DNA of 40,894 bases from Clostridia bacterium. GTDB lineage: Bacteria > Bacillota > Clostridia > Oscillospirales > Acutalibacteraceae. Position 1 is the first letter of the stretch, and every line of letters begins with the position of its first letter. The notes below the pieces were generated by a model. That model made no database searches. It was not told the DNA's origin and saw nothing but the letters and a program-made list of their open reading frames with translations. The stretch is taken from NCBI GenBank assembly GCA_017382015.1, contig JAFOBC010000042.1, positions 1 to 40,894 on the forward strand. The letters run 5' to 3'. Of the stretch, positions 24,780 to 34,657 are shown piece after piece. A program made the translations under genes and the position numbers.

Positions 24780-27410
24780 TTATTGTTTGGAATATTCAAT
24801 TTCAATATGAGCACAAGGAACAGAACCGTCTGAGTTCTTTTCACCGCTCAAAACTGAAACTGATAACATAGCACGCTTATTGTTGGGATTAACCGCAGCT
24901 TTATTTTTAATAAGCTTCGGCGAATGGAAAACAACCTGCTTCGCTATGCTTTTTTCAACACTGATAACAATACCGTTTTTACCGTAGAGTGTACCCAATA
25001 AATGCACCCTTGCAAACGTAGGTATCAGATTTACTTCAGCAAAATCTTTTACACTTTTTACCTTTTTGCTGTTTTGAATAGTGGTAGCCATAAAATCACT
25101 GTAAAACTTGACAAACAAACTTACTACTGTTGCCATGTCACTGTTTCTTACCTTTGAGCCACCGATAAAGTATCTCTCATCAAACTCGTTGCTGCGCATT
25201 TCTTCTTCGCGAGGAATTACAGTGCCACCTTGCATCGGATCAGAAAACTGTCCCCAGACGTCATTGCCTGATGCTTGTGCAGGAGTATCTGCACTTGCTG
25301 GCGGGAAAGTAAACGAACCGCTGTTGGAAGCAGAACTGCCGCCGGCCATCGGGTTAACGTCACCAAAAGGAGTGGAATTTGCTGAAGTACCCGCCATCGG
25401 GTTAACGTCACCGAAAGGAGTGGAATTTGCTGAAGTACCCGCCATCGGGTTAAATACGTAACCTGCTCCCCCGGGATTAAATATCGGGTCACCTGCTCCC
25501 GGGTTGAAATTCGGCAAACCGCCGGGCACCGTATTTACTACAGAGGTGTCGTGATCAATATTAGGGTTAGAGTAAACAATCTTAGTGTTTCTATATGTGC
25601 CGGATGCATCGATAATACCCTCTGCAATGCTTACAACTCGCATTTTACCCTTAACCTTGTTAGAGGCCTTCTTGGCAAAATATGAGAAAAGAATAAGCGC
25701 AACAATCAACAGCAGAATAGTGATAATTATCATTGCAACTGCTACGGGATCGTGAACTTTGATTTTGAAAGTTGTTTCAACAACATTTCCTTGTGCATCT
25801 TCAAAGGCAACTGTTGCCAAGGTTGAACTCCACTTTTTACCGCTTACAACAAGCTGGTCGCCGTTAAGAGTTACATCCGCTACATCTGCCGAACCTATCG
25901 ATGAAACAGAGCCTGTAATCTTATCGTTTTCGGAATCTGCCACATACTGATAAACATCGTCAACTGTAACAGTCTTATTCTTATTTACTTTTATCTCAGG
26001 GATATCACCCACTATGTAGAGCGGTTTATTGCTGGACTTTACCTCCAAGGTATCTTCTCGATAAACAGTATCCCAGTCCAGGCGAATTGTAATATCGTAG
26101 AAGCAATCCTCTGGAATAATAAAACTGCCAACAAAAGAGAAACCGTCTCTTACAAGCGTTATCTCTTTCTTGTTTTCGGGGTTTGCTCTGGGAACACAAA
26201 TCGCTTTGGCTGATTTTACTGCCGCATAAATAGCCTCGTCATTAATATCAACACCATCGTAAGCAAGCCACGTTTTGATGCCAATCTCATCGTTGCTGTA
26301 TGCAATGCCACTCGGATTACCGGTCGGCAAAGTAATTTTGCTTGTAAGATTCATTTTAAAATGCTCTAACAAGCCAACGTGTATATCTTCACCCTTTATT
26401 CCCTCAACAACCAGAAGCCATTTTCCGGTCTTCGGCATTGTTACCTTGATGCTTGCGGCTCTTGCATCAACATCAAACCTGACATTACCTGAGTTTCTCA
26501 ACTCAATTTCGTTACCGTCAGGGTCAAACAGCTTTATTTTTCCGTTAGCTATTGAATTTTCATCGCCGCCTGCGATTCTTATGTTGGCTTCCACAACGCT
26601 GGGGCTTACGTTAATCGAACACTCGTGTTTACCTCCGTCACCCGGAATAGTGGCAACGGTTGTGTAATTCAGGTCACATACATCAGCAAGAAACTCAATA
26701 AGCAGCTGTTCAATCTCTTTGATGCTGCTGATCGATTTAAACTTACCGTTAGTTGTTTCCGAAATATTCTTAAGCTTCTTAAGGCCCTCACCGTTAGAAC
26801 CCATGGAATTTGTACCGTCAGATTTCAGATAGTCGTAACCTACAGTATAAATCGGGCAATTATTCTTCTTAGCCCAAAGCAATGCAGAAGCTTCATTTTC
26901 TTCACATCTTGATAAAGCCAACGAATCATTATCGAAGTCATTGACACCATCTGTGAAAAGAATTACCGCCTGCTGCCTTTCATCGGTCTTATTTGCCTTC
27001 AGGAGCTCCGTTGCCTTGAATACCGCATTACCTATGCCCGTACCACCGTTAAAGACAATATCAGAAACGTTCTTTTTGATGGTAGCTATATCAGTAAGGC
27101 TCTCCAGGCTGAGAAGAGCATCATTTCCCTTGGCATCTTTTGTTAACACAGTTGCCGTTTTATTAAAGCCGACAACACCAACCTTGCTGCCTTCTACCGG
27201 CATCATATTTATCAGCATTCTGACTGCGGCCAAAGCTGTTCTTGTCTTGTCAGATTCTTTCATAGAACCACTGCTGTCTATAACAACAACCAAGTCAAGA
27301 GGTTTATATTCTCTTTCTTTTTCGATGTCGGCTGCACTTCCCGAAACAAAAAGCGAAGAAAGCACGACAATCAGGCAAAGAACAACACCTAAGATTTTTT
27401 TAATTCTCAT
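24780..27410 (-). CDS. secreted vWA-domain protein with Ig-like middle region, single TM helix and cytoplasmic repeat-bearing tail/domain
   Basis: 876 aa. It has a signal peptide, then the MIDAS motif DSSGS in LVVVIDSSGSM (about 27264-27278), then FTDGVND. A beta-rich region of ~300 aa follows. The TM helix VAVAMIIITILLLIVALILFSYF is at about 25680-25748. The tail carries FNPG x2 and NPMAG x3, followed by a ~140-aa C-terminal domain. Confidence 0.75.
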   Translation of the reverse strand: MRIKKILGVVLCLIVVLSSLFVSGSAADIEKEREYKPLDLVVVIDSSGSMKESDKTRTALAAVRMLINMMPVEGSKVGVVGFNKTATVLTKDAKGNDALLSLESLTDIATIKKNVSDIVFNGGTGIGNAVFKATELLKANKTDERQQAVILFTDGVNDFDNDSLALSRCEENEASALLWAKKNNCPIYTVGYDYLKSDGTNSMGSNGEGLKKLKNISETTNGKFKSISSIKEIEQLLIEFLADVCDLNYTTVATIPGDGGKHECSINVSPSVVEANIRIAGGDENSIANGKIKLFDPDGNEIELRNSGNVRFDVDARAASIKVTMPKTGKWLLVVEGIKGEDIHVGLLEHFKMNLTSKITLPTGNPSGIAYSNDEIGIKTWLAYDGVDINDEAIYAAVKSAKAICVPRANPENKKEITLVRDGFSFVGSFIIPEDCFYDITIRLDWDTVYREDTLEVKSSNKPLYIVGDIPEIKVNKNKTVTVDDVYQYVADSENDKITGSVSSIGSADVADVTLNGDQLVVSGKKWSSTLATVAFEDAQGNVVETTFKIKVHDPVAVAMIIITILLLIVALILFSYFAKKASNKVKGKMRVVSIAEGIIDASGTYRNTKIVYSNPNIDHDTSVVNTVPGGLPNFNPGAGDPIFNPGGAGYVFNPMAGTSANSTPFGDVNPMAGTSANSTPFGDVNPMAGGSSASNSGSFTFPPASADTPAQASGNDVWGQFSDPMQGGTVIPREEEMRSNEFDERYFIGGSKVRNSDMATVVSLFVKFYSDFMATTIQNSKKVKSVKDFAEVNLIPTFARVHLLGTLYGKNGIVISVEKSIAKQVVFHSPKLIKNKAAVNPNNKRAMLSVSVLSGEKNSDGSVPCAHIEIEYSKQ
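25345..25453 (-). repeat. 48-bp in-frame tandem repeat (2.3 copies) encoding NPMAGTSANSTPFGDV
   Basis: Units start at 25345, 25393 and 25441. Copies 1 and 2 differ at a single position. Confidence 0.9.
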
Positions 27411-27532
27411 ACGTTTTTACCACCCTATCTTTCTTAAAAAACCTACATTTGTTTTTAATTTTTATAGTAAGTTGTGCTAGCCAAACCAAAGTAAAAGCCT
27501 AAACTTTCACACGGTAAAGCATATTATTTTAT

Positions 27533-27560
27533 ATTATAGCATACCAACTTAATTATACAA
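27533..27560 (-). promoter_or_regulatory. candidate sigma-A promoter for the vWA/tubulin-like block
   Basis: On the minus strand it reads TTGTAT (27560-27555), a 16-nt spacer, then TATAAT (27538-27533). It lies inside the AT-rich 317-nt gap, about 120 nt upstream of the ATG at 27410. Confidence 0.35.
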
Positions 27561-27727
27561 GTGGGAAATTAGATTTTGGTATTGGTTTTACATTTTTTGT
27601 TGAAAACACAAAAAAACGAAAACAATTTTTGTGCATAGAGCGAAATGCTCTAAGTATATGATTACTCTTGTAAAGAAAAAAGCACCCGAACAGCAATGAA
27701 AAACTAACGATTTAGCAAGAGATTACA

Positions 27728-28834
27728 TCAGATGTTATCCTGACTGTAGTGGTTTATATAGAGAAGATAATGGCTCACCCTCAATTCAGAATACTCGCGT
27801 GCATCCTTCTCTATGGGCTGCCCATAATATCCCCAGTAATCGGACGAGGAGCTGATATAGTTCTCGCTGTTTTCTTTCCATTCACGCGCCCTCTTGTAAA
27901 AATAAGAGTTCTTCACCTGAGGTGAACCGAAATCGAGTGAATTTATAGTATCGTAAACAAATGCGTGATGCATTTCATGAAGAACTGTTACCAGCACATC
28001 TTCAAGCTCGCCCTCATTAAGATGCTGATAATTAATAACGATTTGGTTTGAATCATCGAGATAGTAGCCGTAAGTGGTTGTTTGCATCTTATCTGTATAG
28101 ACTCTTATTTCAACATTACTGTCGATACCAAGGTGTTCCTTCTCAATCATAGCTACTGCTCTTACTACGCGCTCTTTTTCTTCCGCAGAAATCGAATCCC
28201 ATTCGAGCAAACCTTTGATTTTGTCTGCGTAAGGAAATATTTTGTCAAAGTCTGATTCATCATCAGCTGAGCTGTCTTGTTCATACCACTCAACAAAATC
28301 GTCCCAATTTTCACTCGAACGAAAATCTTTTTCATACTCCTCACAATAACCCAGAAATGCCGGAACAGCCAGCACAATGCAGAGTCCGTAGGCTACAAGT
28401 GAAGATGAACGATGCCAGCACCAGAAAGCCAGCTCTTTTGTCATCTTCTCAGTTTTTTTGTTTTCCAGAAAGATGTGGCGGGTAAGAAGGAACAATCCGA
28501 CAACAGCGCCGACAATCAGCACGGCTGCAACCCAGAAATGATACTGCGCGAACAGATAAAAGCACATAAACTCAAGTGTAAGAACCGTTTCGATAAACAC
28601 GCCCATTCCGCCTCTGAAACGCGGATTTGTTTCTACCAGCAAAGGTATGGCGATAGCCGTAGCCATGCCCAGAAGCAAGCTCTCAACCCTGTTTAAACTA
28701 AAATCGAAATCAGCAAAATACAGAGAGTATCCTTTTGTAAAATACAGCGAAAAGAAAGCCATTAATACGACCGCTTCCTGAAAAGCAACTCTGAAAAAGC
28801 CGTAGCTTTCAACATATTTTGCTATTGATTTCAT
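27728..28834 (-). CDS. polytopic membrane protein with C-terminal HExxH zinc-metallopeptidase-like domain
   Basis: 368 aa. About 5-6 TM helices occupy the first 165 aa. The soluble domain contains LVTVLHEMHHAF, with the HEMHH codons at 27965-27979. The SD is AAGGGAG. Confidence 0.6.
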   Translation of the reverse strand: MKSIAKYVESYGFFRVAFQEAVVLMAFFSLYFTKGYSLYFADFDFSLNRVESLLLGMATAIAIPLLVETNPRFRGGMGVFIETVLTLEFMCFYLFAQYHFWVAAVLIVGAVVGLFLLTRHIFLENKKTEKMTKELAFWCWHRSSSLVAYGLCIVLAVPAFLGYCEEYEKDFRSSENWDDFVEWYEQDSSADDESDFDKIFPYADKIKGLLEWDSISAEEKERVVRAVAMIEKEHLGIDSNVEIRVYTDKMQTTTYGYYLDDSNQIVINYQHLNEGELEDVLVTVLHEMHHAFVYDTINSLDFGSPQVKNSYFYKRAREWKENSENYISSSSDYWGYYGQPIEKDAREYSELRVSHYLLYINHYSQDNI

Positions 28835-28986
28835 ACATACAACTCCCTTTTATCTTTTATACAGCGATTATAAACTACAGTTTTTAACAACTTTTTTAGG
28901 GATACCCCTTATTTTGACTTAAAGCTATACAACACCAATCCCCTGTCATATTTGCAGACCGCAATTTTATACATTAAAAAGGAAAC

Positions 28987-29033
28987 ACAAAAAAGCTCTC
29001 AACCTTCGCAAAAAGATTGAGAGCTTTTTATTT
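28987..29033. terminator. bidirectional rho-independent terminator ending the kinase/PP2C block
   Basis: The 12-bp stem aaaagctctcaa/ttgagagctttt has A/T runs on both sides. On the minus strand the stem is followed by TTTTTTGTGTTT, about 20 nt after the stop at 29047. Confidence 0.75.
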
Positions 29034-29046
29034 TATATTATGTCAG

Positions 29047-29502
29047 TTAACTGCTGTATTCTGCCAGCAAGTCGAACAGGCAGCCGCAATGCAGGCTATT
29101 CTCTTTATCGTAAACAAACTCAAAAAGAACAGCTGTGGCAAGCTTTTTATCGGCACGGTATTTCAGCAGCCGGTAAAGTTCTCTCTGCGTTTCGGTTTTG
29201 CCCAGGTAGAACTGAAATCCGCTGAGCACCAAAACCTTGCAGTCTTTATACTCGTCAAAAAACGCATCTGTTCCGCCATCGAAAATAATGTAATCAACCA
29301 ACTCGTCCACAAGAGACTTCACGTCGGTCACAACAGCATCATCGCCGCCAAAAGCTTTGAAAAAGCGTGTGTAATCCTCTGCTTTCTGATCATCGATACC
29401 ATCAGCAAAAACAAAACACGCATCACCGTTGCAAACGCTTCGTAAATTTTCCAGAAGACGAGCATCCTGCGGATATTTTTCTTTCAACTCATCAAACATC
29501 AT
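29047..29502 (-). CDS. small acidic hypothetical protein
   Basis: The track ORF starts at a GTG at 29508. The ATG at 29502 (MMFDELKEK...) lies 5 nt after GAGGAG. It is translationally coupled to the upstream gene (stop at 29512). No family is recognised. Confidence 0.55.
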   Translation of the reverse strand: MMFDELKEKYPQDARLLENLRSVCNGDACFVFADGIDDQKAEDYTRFFKAFGGDDAVVTDVKSLVDELVDYIIFDGGTDAFFDEYKDCKVLVLSGFQFYLGKTETQRELYRLLKYRADKKLATAVLFEFVYDKENSLHCGCLFDLLAEYSS

Positions 29503-29511
29503 ACACACTCC

Positions 29512-29985
29512 TCACACTAAGTTATACGTTTCATTGAACTCAGCTTGCTGTATGCCGTAGACATCATCGTAGGTTTCGTCGAAAACAATGTATCCGCCTG
29601 CAGCAATATTCATTATTTCGCCCCAAGGAGCAACAAACGATATGCTTTCATCAATTTGCACAGCCGTAATCGGGTACCAAGCAGGCCTGTAACCATCCTG
29701 CGTGCCCTCGATTTTTTCGTACTTCTTGCGGAAAACCTCATCCTTGACGATATACTGCTCACCCGTCGGATTTGTTACAACCCAACCGGGATTTCCGTTT
29801 TCATCGCAGACGACCGTGTTTTTCGTCTCCTCAAGGCCGTTTGACATAACCGTGACTATTTCCTCACCGACAACACCCTGCCTTGCACGGATTTCCCCCT
29901 TCTTCTGGTAGCGCCTGGCCTCAAAATCACCGCCCAGAAGGTATCCCTTCATATTTTCAATCATTCTGAATTTTGCGTTTTCCAT
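29512..29985 (-). CDS. small hypothetical protein with an internally duplicated G..Y(I/V)V....F...Y motif
   Basis: The track start is a GTG at 29994 that overlaps the SD. The ATG at 29985 (MENAKF...) lies 8 nt after AGGGAG. The duplicated motif appears as GWVVTNPTGEQYIVKDEVFRKKYE and GGYIVFDETYDDVYGIQQAEFNETY. Confidence 0.55.
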   Translation of the reverse strand: MENAKFRMIENMKGYLLGGDFEARRYQKKGEIRARQGVVGEEIVTVMSNGLEETKNTVVCDENGNPGWVVTNPTGEQYIVKDEVFRKKYEKIEGTQDGYRPAWYPITAVQIDESISFVAPWGEIMNIAAGGYIVFDETYDDVYGIQQAEFNETYNLV

Positions 29986-30112
29986 AACCGTCACTCCCTT
30001 CTGTTACGTTAACTACAGTATATGTTATACAAACCCGAAAATCTTCGGGGGATATATATAATTTTGAGAACAACTTAACATCCGCGTGCAGGGCCTCTGC
30101 GCCTTATGATAT

Positions 30113-33100
30113 TCAATCCGCCTCGTCAATAATCTGTGATACGGCTTCATCAAGCTGACAATCCCGACAGATAACCGTCTTAACGCCGTACGCAGCCTCA
30201 CCGTGCTTTATAACTGCCTCATTGTCCGCATCACGATAACTGTCACCGACAAGAGCAATCAGCACAAGCTTCTTATTGATGCCAAAGCGATTTCCGACAT
30301 CTCTGAGCTTGGCATAAAAATCCGTTATAAGACGGTTACAGCATTTCACCTCAATCAACTGCATGGAAAAGTCTTTGATTGCAACTATATCAAAACCTTG
30401 TGTTGCAACGTACTCATCACCGTTATTCTTATGGCATTGAACCTCTACGGAAATACCCGCATCATCGCAGAAGCTGCTTTCCTTTATTTTATAGTACGTG
30501 TAGAGCTCGGCAAGCTGACCTTCTGTGGATAACAAGGATTTAACTGATTCGGATGCAAAGCAAAAATCAAAGCAGATTCCGCTCAATGGCGCACCGTTGC
30601 CGATACTGTTGTACGGGGTTTCGCTCATATCAACAATGTATCCTTTTTCGATAAGGTAGCTGAAAATATTCCGTACGTTGCCGTAAAGTTCTCTTTGTTT
30701 ATCATCAGCTTCACCTGCGGTTGTGCCGAGGGCATTCCACACGCTGATATCAAAATTGAAATTCTCAACAACCAAAGAATCTACGCTTATCTGCACAGAG
30801 TTTTTGATACGGACGGTACGGATTTTCGATTCATCAGCCAACGCATAAATGTTTTTTGACAGAAGTCTGACAAACGCATTTTTAACCGCAACATCTGACG
30901 TAAACTTAACGCGAAACATTGTTGAATTATGGTCTTTAATCTCCCAGCTGTCAACCATACCTATTGCTTCATCAGATAAGAACGCGAGTATTTTTTTGAC
31001 AGAAGCACGGCAGAAACCGGGCAGAAAATGCTCTGTCACAGCAGTTGCTCTTACCGCTGATTTGTTTTCATTTATCAAAAGGCTGAAAAGCTTATCGCTT
31101 ACATTAACCTTATCTCCGATAGCTTTGCAAAGCGTATTCCAGCTCTCTGTCATACGGTATTGGCAGCAACAGCTATCCCAGATATCATAATAATCGTTAT
31201 GAAGCTCCGGCTCACAATAAACGCCGGGGCGGTCGTGCGCTATAAACGCATCTTCGACATTAAGGTGAATGTCAAAGGGAATATCGTTATACCGACAGTA
31301 ACCGTTTGTGTTCATCGCACAAAACTGCATTGCAACCGAATCAAACTTATATGACGGAATATCAACTTCTTTCAGCGCAGAAGAAACCGCATCGCTGATT
31401 TCGTCCGACCCAAGCTCAACAGCCGAAAACCTCAAAGGAGAATCCTGATTGGCGATAAAGGTGTTTGCTATCTTCTGTGACAGATCTGAGCGCTCATTCA
31501 GCTCAACAAAATCGACTCGGTCTATACGCGGCGAAACCGCACCGAGCGCCGCTTTTGCCTGTGCGCAAGCATCATTGCTGAGCGGTTTATCAGACATGTC
31601 TACGTAAAAAATAAAGTTTATGCCGGTTTGAAGGTTACGGTTATCCATCAGCTTTGTAATGTGCGACATAACCTTCAGCATCGACGGCGTTACAATATCT
31701 GACCCACCGTCAGCACAAACAATATATGTAACCTTTTCAGGGTTTATAACAAGGGCAGATGCCACGTTATCAAACCATCTATTCTCTGTTTCGTCAACTA
31801 TCAAGGGCATACATATTCTCTGCCGTGCCGTATAATTCAGAATAAACGGCAAAGAAGCCAGAATACGGTAGTCAACCTCTTTGTAGTCTGTGTAACTGTA
31901 TGCTTCTTTTACAGGTGCGAACAGCTCACAGATTTCGTTAAACTTTTTCTTTATATCTTCCTTGCCGGGCGGATTGATTGCCTCAAGCTTATTCAGGAAG
32001 ACAGTTTCACAATGGCTGAGATTTTTTATTACGTTGCTTCTTTTTGTTTTACGCGTCTTAACTGCGTTCATTGCAACCATACACGAATTGAACGCAACCA
32101 ACAGCCCGTGGTTTGCCCCTATGTATTTCCTTAAAATTTCAGCTTCTTTTTTCAGCGCATGCATATCAAATGCCACGGCCTTCGCCATATAATGCCGATG
32201 AAGCTGTACGGACATCCTGTCGAGAGGGTCGAGATTTCCGAGGGCGCTGTCATCCGGATAATCCCAGGCCGATAATGATTCTGTCCACTCTTCGCCGCCC
32301 AATGCCCATTCGTTGCCGCCGGGAACGATACGCACATGCTTGCGCTCAGCCTTGTTTTTGCTGCCGCTGTTCAGATGCTTGAACTCTTCCTCAGGCAACA
32401 ACCTGTAAGATGAGCAAATCATATTTACGTTCCAGCGTGCGTGCTCATACATCGTAAGCTCATCAAGACATTTTTGCTGCTCTTCTGTTCTTGCCGCTGC
32501 GCTGATGCCCGTTTTTTCGCGGTAAGCACAGGAAAGCTCAAGCATTTTCTTCCGTCTGTCAGCAACAGTTTCAGCTCTGACCTCTTCAAGGCTCAGACCG
32601 ATACTGTGAAGCTTATATTTCAAAGAAATCGCCATGGACATTGATGCCGTGTAGTTATACGGATTCATAAATGCTTCGCGCGCACAATTCATATCAAGGC
32701 TCAGATTGTTCTTTCGCAGAATGTAGCAGTTAAAGCCTGCATCGTGCAGGAAATTACAATCCCTGTGTCGGGCAATAAGCGACTGTGTTATGTGCACGGG
32801 GTTTATTACATCCCCGACAGCTTTTTTGTTTCGGGCGTTTTCTTGGCCCATATTCTTATAAGTAACAAAGTTGACTACGGACTTCTTGCTTTTAAGCAGA
32901 CCCGTCTTTGTTAAATCGCTTGCTATTCTCCTGTTCAGCCTCTCATCAGACAAGCTGACAAACACATAGCCGAATTTTTCATCCGAACCAAGAGTTTCTT
33001 TAAGAATGGCTATGTTATCTTCGGAATCCGCGGCAAGCTCCGACCTTATCTGCACAAAACTCACTCTGCCGTAATCACAGTATACCGAGCTGCCGTATTT

Positions 33101-34654
33101 TCCGAGGTAGGCAGGTTTCTCCCCGTTTACCCAAAAATAATTCCTGATCTCGGGGCGCGATTCAAGATAGCGCCGCTCATCGCTTTCCTTATCCTTTGAT
33201 GCAACAACAACGTTCAGGTAGCAGCCCTTTATCTGGCTCATTTCAAGCGCAATATCCAGAAACTTCTGACCAAAAACACCGGCACCCAGAACAAGAACGT
33301 TCAGCTTGCCATCCTGCACGTAATCATACAGAGGACGGTCATACAGCAAGCATTGCATTGCCGAAATTGCGCCGCCGATTTTTTCAATTTCTTTGCCGTA
33401 GTATTCCTCTTTGTCGGCCATTTTTACTATAGCCTTTTTGCCTGTAGCGGCCTCTGCCTTGCCGATTGCAATTATATTTTTTACTTTTTCATCAACCGCT
33501 TCAATGGCATCGATAAATTCATCAACACTTTCAAAGTTGGTTAAGCCATGTGCATAGTCACGCGGACATCTGGCAAGAGAACGCTTCAGAATGTTGACGA
33601 TACCGTCCGCAATTTCAACACCGGACGTATATTCGGAATATTCAAACAACCAGGAATGGCGCAAACGGCCCGTTATTTCGCCGAAGTTTTTCACCTCATA
33701 GAGACCCCTGCCATCCTTGCCTAAAACAATTGAATTATACAGCGTTGCACCGAGAGAAAATATATCGGTTTTACAGCCGACTTTCATAGTCGCTATATCA
33801 CCCGTGAGCTCGGGAGCCGCAAAATATTTTGTGCCCATAAACCTGATTTCGCCGGCACCGGCACGGGAATGCAGGCTGTTAATATCAAACATTGCAACAG
33901 AAACGTTATCGCCGCTCTTATCGCCAAGGTCTCTTACACCGAAGTTGGACGGCTTGATATCAAGGTGAAGCATAAACTTCTCATGAATAATCAGAATGCC
34001 CTTGGCAAGCGCCCTGACAGCCTGAAGGATAAAGTGAAGCTCATTTGCAAGGTATAAGTTAAGGTTGCCGCCGGGTGAATCTATTTCGTGGGCAACACGC
34101 TTGTACATATCGTTCAGGTGATCTTCAAAGCTTACAAGACTTCTGTCGCCCGAAGTCCAGATATAAACAGTATGGTTGCTGTCATCATCCTTTGAAATGC
34201 CTTGGTAAATCTCAAAATTCTGAAAATAGCTGTCGCTGCAGGAGCTGTTTTCAATCAGCTCCAGAACCTTATAATGAGATTCGCAAAACTCTTTTCTGGC
34301 TTCTTCAAATTTTGCTTTTGTTGATTCCCCGGAATAAAGCTGGTTTGCAACAAGGCGTTCATCTATATCGTAACGCTTGAGATGAAACGCGTGCGCGCCC
34401 TTATCTCTCGAGCCGTCATCCATATCCATAGGATAAAACTCTTTGAGTATACCCTGCTTGCGCATACCGTTTGCAAGAATTTTTTCGGCGCTGTAACAGA
34501 TACAGCTGCCGCCGGCATTTACTACTCCTTTAATGAGAAAATCCACGCCGACGCGGTCTCTGTCCGACGTTACATACTGAAGCCTTATGCTTCCGGAAAG
34601 AGGGATTCTTCCCTGCATTCTTTTTTTAAGTTTTTCACCCTCTAAAAAGCCCAA
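30113..34654 (-). CDS. 1513-aa multidomain protein: N-terminal Ser/Thr protein kinase-like domain, Rossmann-like GxGxxG module, long middle region, C-terminal PD-(D/E)xK (Card1/NERD-like) nuclease-fold domain
   Basis: Kinase motifs: G-loop-like VNAGGSCICY, the lysine in GILKEF, the catalytic loop HLDIKPSN (33944-33967), VAMFDINS in place of DFG, and YFAAPEL. A Rossmann-like LNVLVLGAGVFGQKF lies at aa 451-465. The C-terminus has GFDIVAIKDFSMQLIEVKC (D..E.K at 30344-30391). The start is TTG, 3 nt after the PP2C stop. Confidence 0.7.
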   Translation of the reverse strand: MGFLEGEKLKKRMQGRIPLSGSIRLQYVTSDRDRVGVDFLIKGVVNAGGSCICYSAEKILANGMRKQGILKEFYPMDMDDGSRDKGAHAFHLKRYDIDERLVANQLYSGESTKAKFEEARKEFCESHYKVLELIENSSCSDSYFQNFEIYQGISKDDDSNHTVYIWTSGDRSLVSFEDHLNDMYKRVAHEIDSPGGNLNLYLANELHFILQAVRALAKGILIIHEKFMLHLDIKPSNFGVRDLGDKSGDNVSVAMFDINSLHSRAGAGEIRFMGTKYFAAPELTGDIATMKVGCKTDIFSLGATLYNSIVLGKDGRGLYEVKNFGEITGRLRHSWLFEYSEYTSGVEIADGIVNILKRSLARCPRDYAHGLTNFESVDEFIDAIEAVDEKVKNIIAIGKAEAATGKKAIVKMADKEEYYGKEIEKIGGAISAMQCLLYDRPLYDYVQDGKLNVLVLGAGVFGQKFLDIALEMSQIKGCYLNVVVASKDKESDERRYLESRPEIRNYFWVNGEKPAYLGKYGSSVYCDYGRVSFVQIRSELAADSEDNIAILKETLGSDEKFGYVFVSLSDERLNRRIASDLTKTGLLKSKKSVVNFVTYKNMGQENARNKKAVGDVINPVHITQSLIARHRDCNFLHDAGFNCYILRKNNLSLDMNCAREAFMNPYNYTASMSMAISLKYKLHSIGLSLEEVRAETVADRRKKMLELSCAYREKTGISAAARTEEQQKCLDELTMYEHARWNVNMICSSYRLLPEEEFKHLNSGSKNKAERKHVRIVPGGNEWALGGEEWTESLSAWDYPDDSALGNLDPLDRMSVQLHRHYMAKAVAFDMHALKKEAEILRKYIGANHGLLVAFNSCMVAMNAVKTRKTKRSNVIKNLSHCETVFLNKLEAINPPGKEDIKKKFNEICELFAPVKEAYSYTDYKEVDYRILASLPFILNYTARQRICMPLIVDETENRWFDNVASALVINPEKVTYIVCADGGSDIVTPSMLKVMSHITKLMDNRNLQTGINFIFYVDMSDKPLSNDACAQAKAALGAVSPRIDRVDFVELNERSDLSQKIANTFIANQDSPLRFSAVELGSDEISDAVSSALKEVDIPSYKFDSVAMQFCAMNTNGYCRYNDIPFDIHLNVEDAFIAHDRPGVYCEPELHNDYYDIWDSCCCQYRMTESWNTLCKAIGDKVNVSDKLFSLLINENKSAVRATAVTEHFLPGFCRASVKKILAFLSDEAIGMVDSWEIKDHNSTMFRVKFTSDVAVKNAFVRLLSKNIYALADESKIRTVRIKNSVQISVDSLVVENFNFDISVWNALGTTAGEADDKQRELYGNVRNIFSYLIEKGYIVDMSETPYNSIGNGAPLSGICFDFCFASESVKSLLSTEGQLAELYTYYKIKESSFCDDAGISVEVQCHKNNGDEYVATQGFDIVAIKDFSMQLIEVKCCNRLITDFYAKLRDVGNRFGINKKLVLIALVGDSYRDADNEAVIKHGEAAYGVKTVICRDCQLDEAVSQIIDEAD

Positions 34655-34657
34655 CTC

